Shown one piece after another: positions 50,201-62,200 of a stretch of DNA of 64,000 nucleotides. Each line of letters opens with the position of its first letter. Position 1 is the first letter of the stretch. Source of the DNA: Bugula neritina (taxonomy: Eukaryota > Animalia > Bryozoa); the NCBI GenBank assembly GCA_964035545.1, contig OZ037766.1:21564767-21628766 (forward strand), in the 5' to 3' direction. The notes under the pieces are model-generated. The model saw only the letters and a program-made list of their open reading frames with translations, was not told the DNA's origin and did no database searches. The translations under genes were made by a program, and so were the position numbers.

Positions 50201-53200
50201 TGGAATGAATCTTTACAATTGCTGGACATTGGATTGTTGATAAGAGGAATATGTAAACCATTTTGTTTTCATCAGTAATCTTGCTATGCCTTTTGGTATA
50301 ATGTCGTAAAAGCAATGTGTTGTATGTGTGTATATTATATGAGCATGATGAACTAATAACATAACATGACATAGCTCTATGCTAGCCTTAGTCTTCACTC
50401 ACATTGTGGTTAGGGTGTTGTGTAAGGAGCCCGCTGGAGTGCAGCTAACTCCTCAGGTTCCACAGCCTACCAACCTTCCCCCCTGTCCAGTCTCCCTTGA
50501 CTCGGACTCCGTGATACCCGCCCACAACTACCGCCAGCTCCACATCAACGTCCTCGTCACAGACGATCAGGGTAGAGTGTTTGACAACATCAGTTCCTTG
50601 AACTTTGAGTGGTCGGTGTCGGACAGCTCTCTCGGAACTCTAGCTTCTGCTGACTCTGTGCTGAATTCTGGCAGCGCAAAAGATGTCACAATGACTAATG
50701 TTGCTTGTAAGTCAATATTGTTGAGGGTTTGAATATTACAATGTTTGTATCAATTTATGTTTTGTAATATGATAGTAGAGTTTATTGCTTTAACAAAACA
50801 GGTTTTTGCATATAAGCTCACTATATTTTAATAAATCAGTTACGTATCATATGCTCTTTACTCTAGTAATTGTTCCCTACACAGATAATAGTCAACATCT
50901 ACCTATAGTCTGTATCTCTAAGCACTGGCATATGTATACTCTCACACTGTAGCCATCCTGTATCCTAAGTACCAAATATATGCTTACAGGGTACCAAAGA
51001 CTCTCCCCTAAGGAAGTTTCTGGAACACTTATTATCTCCCTTACTCTCGATTGGAAATTGAAAAAACAAGTGACCTTAGAGTTAGTACCTGATGCCAGCC
51101 TCTCTCCCAGTGAGGTGATGGTATTCAACCACCCTCAGAGCTCTGCTACACTCGATGTGAAAGGAGGTAGAATTTGAATGTTTAGTCTCTGGTTTGTTTC
51201 GGGATACTGTTAGAGATGTTAACATACATTCTGCATGATGTGGTGAACATTATTTTTAATCTTCCAAGTTTCTCATCATACATTGGCTGAGTTGTAGACA
51301 ACACAAATTGGCTATAGCTATAATCTATCTAATTTCTTTGGTAATTATCCCCCATCAAAATTGCTGTTCACCAGAATCTGTAACATGTTTTTGTAAGAAC
51401 TTATTCTCTACTGTTTTTTAACTGGTGTGATTATTCAAATTGGAAGAGCTTTTGTTTATATACATACATTATGTGCAGAGATTTTTTCTTATTCCTATAT
51501 GTTTCAAATTTTTTCTACGTTATTTATTAGTATGATGTTTTTGAGTAATACTTGAGTTTTTAAGTTATACTCATCATATACAGGCTCGGGTTTCTTCATA
51601 CAAAGACATGACCCAGAGAACTTGGCTACAGTGAAGTTCAGTGAAGAAAGCCGCCAGGTGGTGGTTAGTCCCATAGTTGATGGTAACCTCAGAGTTGAAG
51701 TGCTAGACTTGTGTCTGGCTGCTGATACACCCGCAGACTCTATCATACAAATGGCAGGAGCTCACTCTATCCAGCTCACTGTTAGAGACAAGGTATAATA
51801 ATTAACTGGATTCTGTTTTATTACAGATATTTTAGCATTCACTGACTGATGTGCATTGATTTCTATCTTAATAAAATTACAACTTTAAAAGTGATGTTTA
51901 TAAACTTAAACTTACTGATATCCACAGTCTGACCCTTGATAAATTATTGATCAGTCGGGATATCAACAAAGTGTGACTATGAATTTTAGTAGTGCCTAGT
52001 TAAGTATGGTAGTATTACTACTGTTAGTCTAGTCGATCTAGTTACATTATCTGTGTATATAATAACTAATGGTTATTGTAATTAGACTTAAAACTTAGTA
52101 TTTGCAATTAAAATTACTATATATTCACATGAATTGTTTCATGTGTACTTGATACGCGAGTGAATATGAATTGTGAATCTTGATACTCCAGGATGTATCA
52201 TTGAGATGTGACTCACACTGGCCCATAGTATAATGGTCTGTTCAATATTCCACCAGCTCCTTACACACGAGATGAGTGTAAGGTATGTATATTACAGGTC
52301 CAGCAAGGCAGCACGCTGACAGCAGTAGTGAAAGTGCTAGATCACAGGGGGGATCCGTTGCCAGCCGAATATTTCCAGCTGATGAAGCTGGAGCCCAGTC
52401 TAGATGAGAAGTCACAGCACCTCATAAAAATACAGGAAATGGCTAGTGAAGAAAGGACGAGTGCCTTGTTTATTGTAAAGGGGGTGGAGCTTGGCACAGC
52501 TACTCTGAAATTTGTAGCGCAGGCTCAGAGGGGGGCTAACATTACCAGCAATGTTCAGAACATCCAGGTTTGTAAGGGTACCAATGATTTGATTGGTTGA
52601 ATAGTGGAGTAGAACATAGTTTAGAGCATATGTGTAGATACTGAAATAGTGTATCTAAACTCACTGAAGTGTGACCAAAAGCAAGTACTAAACTATCAAT
52701 AACCAATAAGAAGGAGCTCGTTTATAAAATACCAGCCCAGCAAAACTAGTGGCCGGCGTAGTTTCATCCTCCCGATTTTTCATTGCTCTGGGTGCCGAAA
52801 AGTCAGTCATATATTCATCTGTTGCTGTTATTCTGCTAGGTGTTTCCCCCTCTGAGACTGGAACCATGCAATGTCACCATACTGGTTGGTGCTGCCTTGG
52901 GTGTCTTAGCAGTTGGAGGTCCACAGCCTCAGTCCAGCATTGAGTACAGTCTATATGATACAGACGGCAGGGTGGCTACTATATCGGGCAGTGGATTGAT
53001 TGAAGCTAGGGCTATAGGCTCTGTGAAAGTTGTAGCTCAGGCTGTGGGTGTTGAAGAGAGCAGTGGGAACAGGATAGTGTACTCTGAAGACACTGGAGAG
53101 GTCAGTGCTATCGTATACTTTGTTATTTCACAACCAATGAAGTCTTAATGCTTTCTATTAAACAAACCAACTACACATGTAAAGTAGCCATCTTTGAAAC

Positions 53201-56200
53201 TATTTTTCAACCTGTATATTTTTTTCATTTGATATGCATCTATTTATGTTGATTGGTATATTATGAGAAAATGTTACAAATTCACCACCAAAATCATTTT
53301 TTTAACTTTGTTATTCTAGTCAAACAAAGTGCTTTCAGCAGTAATTAAAGTCTTGTGTTATTTCATTATTGTAATGTCACAACTTGTACAAGTCTGTGAT
53401 AGTTTGATTTTCCAATATTTAGTAAAAGTTGATAAAATTACAAAATTGCACTCTTCAAAGCTCTTAGTTGAATCTCTAAATTCTTATTTTAACATTTCTT
53501 GAGTGAAAATATATGAACAAAAAGTATTTTCTTAATGCCTGCAGCTAAAAGGATTGTTATTCCTGTTGACATTGTGATGAAAATGTAGGGAAAAAAGTAA
53601 TTGAATTATGTTCAGTAGTTTTCAACTACTGCAAGTAAACAGTTTCTGATAAACAAAGACAGAGAGCTGGCAGCTGTTTCGTCATGCAGACTTTAGACAG
53701 CACCTACACACTTCTAGATAGTCTGTTATACAACTTGCATCTGGTTAGGAACTGGTAGTATTCTCAACTCAACCATTCGGTTTCAGCAGAGGTGATGCCG
53801 TTCAATTATGACTTCGTACTGATGTCTAAATGACTATGTCATTTAAAGGCTACTTCAGTCTTTAGATATCTCGGAAACCCAATTAGCCGGCTTATTCAGT
53901 GGAAACTATTGTTATCCTGTTCTTTTCCATTTCTCCAGGTTCATGTGGTAAAGTTGATGGGGGTGAGGCTGTATACGCCACTGTCTATGCTACAGACAGA
54001 CACCAAGATGCCTGTGTATGCCATGGGTTTGAGTGAACACCAGACCCCATTTAGCTTTGCAAACATCTTCCCTCCACTCTCCTTTCATTGGTCAACATCT
54101 AATGGGTGTGTCTACTGGCTTACTTTTATATTTAGCAATTTTGTAACTTTGTAAAATATTTTTATGTTTGTTACCGACGCAGCTTTTTAACCGTAAATTG
54201 GTAAATTTCTCATTACTTTTTCTTTTTGAGAATCTATTATACTCTTGTATTGGGCTAACAGCATTAGTTGCTAAGATGCTAACTTTGTTACAGTCATAAT
54301 AATGGTTACAATAACTAGCTCCAGTAAGCTTGTAGTAAGCACTCTACCAAACCTCATAGTAAAATCTCACGCAAGTTTATAGTCACTGCCCCTGTGAGAA
54401 ACCCCTCATGAAAGGGGTTTTTGTTAAATCGGGCTAAGAACTCATTCAGATGGGGCACAGGGGCAATTATGACTGGATGCTTTTCCTAACGCTACCAATG
54501 GTCTTTGTCGGGGTTCGAACCCATGACTTGGTGTTCACTAGGCAAGCGTTCTAACCCCTAGATCGTGGCTGCTCCCTCAAACCCCATAGTAACTGATAAC
54601 ATAATATTCTCATCTCACAGGGAAGTCGCCTCCCTCCAGTCGGTCTACCACGCAAGTGACATTGAGTTGCCAGTTGAATCCAGGTTCTCGCAGCAACTGC
54701 TTGCTAAACGAGAGGGTCATGTGACAGTCAGCCTGGAGGTGTCTGTACAGCAGAGCATAAGCAAGTCTAGTCTGCAGCAAATTGATGGGAATGTGGTGGT
54801 AAAGGATGAGCAGCATATTCAGGTATGCTACAGTCAACTATGCTACTGTCTGATTGTATAATGATGATTCTAAACATTCTCCCAGCTCTGTATCATTTTA
54901 ATGTTTCTTGCTTGCTGTTATAGTGATAAATTCCAATGCTGCTTTTTTAAAAAGAATGCTATGCAAAGTCAATAGTATTTGTTAATTCAAATTTTATAAT
55001 GATAAGAATCTGAAGAAAGATTGTGCGGTGTGCATGAACTATTTTATAGTTGTGGTAAAAGATTGAAGCATTTACTGTAGAAAATAGTGTATTTGGTTTT
55101 GCAATTTACTAGTAACAAATGTAATAAGTATTTAGAAGCATTGTTTCCATTGTCCCATCTGTTGATATGCGATACTGGTTTCAGTTCACGTTTAGCATTG
55201 CTTTGTCAAAGAAATTCGCGCCTTTATTTAGCGACGCTACTATAGCGTATTTTCACCAAATATATACATCTCATCAATCTGCATTGATGCGTGGCACCGC
55301 TGGTGTAATGGTATCATGCGAGATTCCCATTCTCGCGACCCGGGTTCGATTCCCGGGCGGTGCAACTTTTTTTGGCCTTTGTTTTTAATATTAGTACATT
55401 TGGTTACGATTGTTTGAAGGGAAGACGCTACTTCGAATAGATTTTATTATTTCTCGAGTATGCTTGTAATACTCACGCTTACTTTCCCTTCTATTATATT
55501 GTATTTTTTGTTGTTGGTTCCAATGGTTTTGTTATTAAATTCCGTTTGGAATTAAGACTGTAGAAGTTAATTGCCAAGGTTTTAGTCTTCAAGTTGAATG
55601 TATTACCCAACCATTTTTTTGCTGCTTTTCTTTTGCATTTTATTTTATATTCAAGTTGGTCTACTATCTATGTAAACGGCTCAAATTCTTTCATAGAACA
55701 GTTACTAAAGCATATTAACTTTCTTCAGAAACAATGATTGCTACAACTTTTCAAACTGTTCAAGTTTTGATTGTTTTCTTGACAAACTATGAATTTTTTT
55801 TATTTGTTGTCCTGCTGGTGTAACTATACAATATGGATATCAATAATTCTGAAAATAATGTGCTTGCTGTAGGTTTTCAATTCTTTGGAGTTACTTTCTC
55901 CATCTACGTGTGCTGGACAAGTATTGATAACTCCTAACACAGAGGCTAGGCTGGTTACCAACCGAGACAGTGCGGCAGCAAGCATGTCATACAATGTCCG
56001 CGGCAGCACCAATCTCCTGAAAGTCAAACAAAATGGTGAGCTATTTATATCTCCATATTTACAAATACTGTACACACCTATAGTCTATGTAGTATTTCAC
56101 ATTGGTGTATACACTAGGCTGACAGAGATGGGTAGGGTAGGTAGGGACAGCAATCTGTATATTGCCGGACCATTTGCAAGACGGCTTATGCTGTTAAATT

Positions 56201-59200
56201 TATTTGCACTTCAATGACTTGCTCGAAATAACAAAATCTACTGTTACCATGAGTTTTACTTGTGAATGTGGCAGCACTATATTCTAGTTCTCACATTTGA
56301 ACAGGCAGCAACAGACAACACACAACACACGCTCATGTGCAGACACACACACACGCACTTCTCTTTTTTATCTAGTTTATTGTTCTCAAGAGAAAGTAAA
56401 CAGAAACTTTGTGTGTCCTGCAGGTGACATAGTCAGTGGTGGACAGGCTGGTTCAGTGTTTGTACTCGTAACAGCTGTGGAGAGATTTGGTACCAATCAA
56501 ACCCTGCTGCTATTGGTTAAGGTAACTCTATATACTACTACAGCTACATGCAGCTATGCACTCTATTCTGGTGACAACTCTAGGCTCTAGAAGAGTATGT
56601 TGAACAGCTGAACAAGCTTAGTCAGGTGTTTAAATGATACTCATGTGAAAGTTATGCTGACTTCATACTGTGCAGCCATTCTGTTTGCAGTTTATATGTG
56701 TATGAAAAGTCTTCTCTCCCACACTATAGCCAGTTCCTCTCTGTTCATGATATGCCTTGTACCAGTCTGTTTACTACAGCACTGTAGGAAAGTATCACAA
56801 TAATTATTAAGCATTCTGTTACATAGACAACAATGTTACCATGACGATCACTTGTGATACGCTGTATCTAAATCTGGAGTTGTACTCTCACTGCTAGAGT
56901 TGTACAAGCCCTAAAATTGTGTCATTTTACTTAATTTAGTACACATGCAATCATTAGCTCTAGTTTAAAGCTATTTTCACAATTCATATAGTGCATATGG
57001 TTTTTGTTCTGAACTAACAAAACATGAAAAAATGTAACTAAATAATCAAGGTTCTTTTTAGTTTTGTTCTATTTCCTATGTTTTATTCTGATTATTTAGT
57101 GAATTGGGGTTAGCGGATTAAAAAGCCATCAAGCCATCATATATGACATGTGACATTGCATTTTAATATTGCAGGACCCTCTCCCATAGCTTTTGTTTGC
57201 TATGCATAGTTAGAATCAACACTTGAAATTACTCCATAATATTATAGTAAATTTGCATGAATCTGAGTAAACTGGCCTGTTGATTTTAGTGCTGAGCACA
57301 TGCTGTATTCATCCAATATTACACATTTGCAAGACTTATCCTATTCCTAGAACATTACACAACTTTGTTTTTGTCAATGCAGCATTTTGAAATCTGTTGC
57401 CAAAAATTAATGAATAGAAAAATGTTCCAATGTAGCTAACTACTTAGTAACAGCGCGATAAGATAAACATAAAATAATTCAGGTTATATGCTCATTATTG
57501 ACATTTTGATGCTGCTATTGATCTCATTATCAAGTATAAGGGGTTAGATTAGTTTTTCAAGTCTTTTTAAAAAGGTTAGCTCAACCAACAAACTGTTTTT
57601 GTAAATTACACTTTAAAATTCAGCTTTTTTTAAATTCTGTTCTAATAATTGCCCTACGGAGGTATTTCTCAGTACAACCTTTAAAAGTTAACTGTCGAAG
57701 CCGTAAAGCTGTCAGTATTCAAAGTAGTTGGATTGAATGCTGTATTAAATGTTTTCCTTTTAATGGCGGACAGTTTAGTAGCAATAAAAACAATATTTTA
57801 CAACATGTTTTATCATTATTAAAGGTACTGTTATTTGCATAATGGAATTCGTATATATATGATACACTTTGTTGTGTGTGACACGCTATATGTTTTAATG
57901 GAACTTTGTGGCTATGCAAAATGCAAGCCAATGCCAAAAAGTATATTAAATTAGGGTAATGGATTTGTATTAAGTTATATGAGGACACTAGACCACCATT
58001 AATTAAATACAAATCCAAATCCTAAATGTTGAGGTGTGTGTATTTATTCTAAAAGCTTTATCTAGTATTCTTAAAAACTACAGGCTTAACATTTCAATTT
58101 CTTTTTTTCTAACAAAACTCAAGCTTTTTATGTAAATTTTGCTAGCAAATAACTACAACAAAACTATTTAGCTCTTTAAACATTTAGCAGGAGAAGTAAC
58201 TCCTAATTAAGGTAACTAGAGTGTACTATGGCCTGTCAATTGTAATCTTGTAATTGTTTAATATTTTAGGACTAAGTAGATGTCTATAGCATAATTTTAT
58301 AGATTTCTGATTCAGTATTTAAAAAGCTGTTGCAAAAAGCAAATTATTGAACAAATTTGTTCTATATAAATATGATGTTATATCTATACGTTAAAAAATT
58401 CTCATTGTATTGAGAATACTATGTATTTTGATAGAGCTATTTTGGCTATGCAAAATGCAAGCCATTGCCAAATAGTATGTCACTAGTTCAAATGTTTACT
58501 ACGCTGCATTGAAAATATAATGCATTGAAATGGATGTAGCCATTTCTAATACAAATCCAAATGATGAATATAAATGTGTTTTTATTTAATTTGAAAGGTT
58601 TATGTCATTCTTCAGATAAATAATACACCGTTGATATTGGAGTTTCTTTAGAAACAAACTCAAGTTTTTTTATTAATAATTTTGCCAGCAGATAACTACA
58701 AAAACGCTATTGAGCTCTTTAAAACTTCAGCAGGAGAAATAACTCTCAGAGAAAGTTGAATAAGTAGCCTATACTAATGCCTGTTGATGTTGATTATGAG
58801 CACATGATGTTATTGCCTACTAGTTCACATATTATCAGGCTGCACGTCTATCTATAGTATCATTTTGTAGCTTTCATGTAGCATTTAAAAGCTTTTGCCA
58901 TAAATAAAATGGTTGAAAAAAGTTATCATACAGCAACAATTTGTAGTAAGTTACAGAGTTAGGGTAATTGTAATTGATTGTAATTAATTACATTTTTTAA
59001 GTAATTGATTGTAATTTGTAATTGATGTATAAAAATGTTAATTGTAATTGTAATTAATTACATATCTAATGTAATTGAGTTTTACACAGGGTTGGGGTAA
59101 TTGTAATTTGTAATTGGTTGTAATTATTTACATTTTTTCAAGTAATTGAATATAATTTGTAATTGATGTATGTCATTTGATGTACTTATTTTAGTACACA

Positions 59201-62200
59201 TGCAAATAATTCTTTCTGTTTTTTGCTATTTTTGCACAATTTATCTGCCAGTGTATATGGGTTTTTGTTCTAAATTAGTAAAATATTGAAGAATGCAACT
59301 GAACACTCAAGGTCCTTTTTATTTGTTTGATTTCCGATGTTTTACCCTAATTATTTGGTAAATTAGAATTAGCGGAAGTGATTAGGAACTCCATCATATA
59401 CTATAAATGAAATCGCATTTTAATATTTCAGGACCCCCAGCCTTTGTTTGCTATTCATAGTTGGAATCAACACATAAAATTAGCCCATCTAGTAGATTTT
59501 CATGAATTTGAGCAAACTTTAGGCTTTGGGTTTATTTTGCTGATGTGTACTAAATAAAGTAAAATGACCCAATTTGTTTGCTCTGAACAACATGTTTATT
59601 TTAAGCTAATGTGACTAACAGATGTAGTATACTTCTGGTTTGAGCTGCACTTGGTTTCGGATAAACTTCTGATGCATAGTTTTAAGGCCTGGCCTCACGT
59701 TAGTGAGAATCACACGAAACTCGTGTGACGATTTTCGTGAGTTATCCTCTCGTTATGACCAGCCACACACTCGTCGGACGAAACTCATAATAAATAGTCT
59801 GTGAATGAGTCTTGCACGAGACACAAACAGCGGAAAATTGCCAAACAGAGAAACGTGGTAGAAATGAAATAATTACTGTTGCTAAAATTCTATTGACCAA
59901 TCACATGGTGCTTATCGTTAATTGCAATTTTTTTGTTCATCGTCTTTGTTGGGTGCACCCAATGAAGACGATTTCGTTTGAATTCCCTCAAATTTGATCG
60001 TGCGTTTGTGTTTTCGTGTCAAATAGACGATTTCGTGTGATTCTCACGAGCGTGAGGCCAGGCCTTTAGACATGAGAAATCAAACATATGCATATGATGG
60101 AGAGCTGTGTTAGAATACATCATGTGAAATTTGAACCTCTAATTATTTATTGTGTTGCACAATTACAGCCTCTGCAAAGCATGTTCTTGTTATATTAGTA
60201 GTTCTTATAACCTTCATATATATACTTATGTAATATATATAATGCCATATATATACGTATATATATATACTTTGTTATAGATGATATATTATATTACCAG
60301 TTCCTGTAATGTTTCATATATTCTGTGTATTGATAGATAAAGCCAGTGAGTTACATCATGCTCAACTGCGAGACGGTATTCAAAACAGACAGACCCCTCG
60401 ACTTTGTACCGGCCGGCTCCGTTCTCAAGTACCGAGTCAGCAGTCACGATGAAGTCGGCCAGAAATTTGACTTCACCAACTCACAGTTGCGCTTCAGACC
60501 CAATAGGTTTGTTGCTGGTGTTATTTAAAGTTGGGAATTGTATGCCCTTTCTTGTTGTCGCATCTCGAAAACGTGACATTGTTAGATGCTATTTTAGTTT
60601 TTTTAAGGCTAGAGAAACTGTCATAAGGTGGCGTTTGTGGGTCACTAAAATTCTTATACAATGGGTTGTAAGCCTGAGTATATGACTATATGTGTGTACT
60701 AATTATTCATTATACTATTACAACTTTTCACTACTGTATCACTTCACTACTGTATCACCTCACGATTGTATCACCTGACGATTGTATCAACTCACGATTG
60801 TATCAACTCACTGCTCTATCACCTCACTACTGTATCACCTCACTACTGTATCACCTCACTATTGTATCACCCCACTACTGCATCACCTCACTACTGTATC
60901 AGAACACTGCTGTATCACCTCACTATTGTATCACCACACTACTCTATCACCTCACTACTGTATCACCACACTACTCTATCACCTCACTATTGTATCACCT
61001 CACTCTTGTATCACCTCACTACTGTATCACCACACTACTCTATCACCTCACTACTGTATCACCACACTGCTGTATCACCTCACTCTTGTATCACCACACT
61101 ACTCTATCACCTCACCAATATTTCGTGTATTTTAAAGTTGATGAATGGGTTTGGTTTCAGATTTGACTTGCTGCAAGTGACCGCAGGCTCAGAGAATACT
61201 ACAGTTATAGTTCATGCTCCTAAAGTTTCTCCATACTCTTGGGGTGGGACGGCTCTCAAGGTATCCTCAGTTACATCTCTTTCGTTTGTTGCTACTCAAG
61301 TTTTTTCTATTAAACACACCTCTTCCGATGTTTCATACCGTTGTACACAATGGAGATTTAACCACCCATCTCTGTGATACCTCTGTGTGTGGAAGAAAGG
61401 TGTATATGGGTAAAGGTTATGCAATGGAAGCATCTTTGTTGCATTCAATTATTTTTGTTCTAAGAGTTGCTGTGAATGGTGTCAAAAATTTGTTCCACTA
61501 GAGTTGAACTCTGTCACTTTGAACTGCACATTTAAAATTGTGTTTTGAGATTTTACAATGTCATTTTCATACTGAGTATAAAACATTTCACTAGTTTATG
61601 TGTAAAGTTACTTTCTCAGGTTTGGGAGGCTAAACAACCACGAGTAGCGGATTATATAAATATTAACGTACAGCAAGGGATTGTCACGGAATCATCGTAT
61701 GTTGTGGGAGATGTTATTAGTTTAAAGTCTTCATTCCTTACAACTGCAGGTTAGTATACCATCACTCATTCAGTCATGAGTATGTAGTGCATATATACAG
61801 CCACTCTAATAGGTGTTTTATAATTATTTTGTCATTAGCTAATGTTTCTATGATATTTTTAATTTCTTTTTTGCATTAAGCACTATAATAATAATTTTTA
61901 TTGATGTAAACACTTGATTGATAAAACAGTGTATGGCAAATCTTTGTTTTTATCTATAGTGAATCAGTCATGCAGTTAGTAAATAAAAGGTTGTCTTGAG
62001 TTTAAACTGTGAACCAACATTAATATCTGTTGGCAGGTGAGGAAGGTTCTTGGTCTACCCCTGACACTGGTAAACTGGTTGTGGAGAAAGACACTGGCAA
62101 TGCGCTGGCTATCAACTCTGGAACAGTTACTGTTAATTATAATATAGGTTATCAACTGATTTCAACACAGGTGATCTTTAATTCTTTTATTGTGTGGTCT

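Noticed and set aside
53574-53649. Possible intronic C/D snoRNA (GTGATGA...CTGA, 76 nt)
   Set aside because: No convincing terminal stem and no clean rRNA-complementary guide recognised; such boxes occur by chance in AT-rich DNA.
55167-55388. 73-aa ORF
   Set aside because: Incidental reading through the tRNA-Gly gene.
60690-61377. His/Cys-rich repeat ORFs, or a CRISPR-like array
   Set aside because: Head-to-tail 16-bp tandem repeat with no unique spacers, in a eukaryotic intron, with no cas genes.
61261-61619. Possible U12-type intron (donor GTATCCTC)
   Set aside because: Mismatch to RTATCCTT, no CCTTAAC-like branch point near the acceptor, a normal pyrimidine tract and phase 0. intronIC scoring would settle it.
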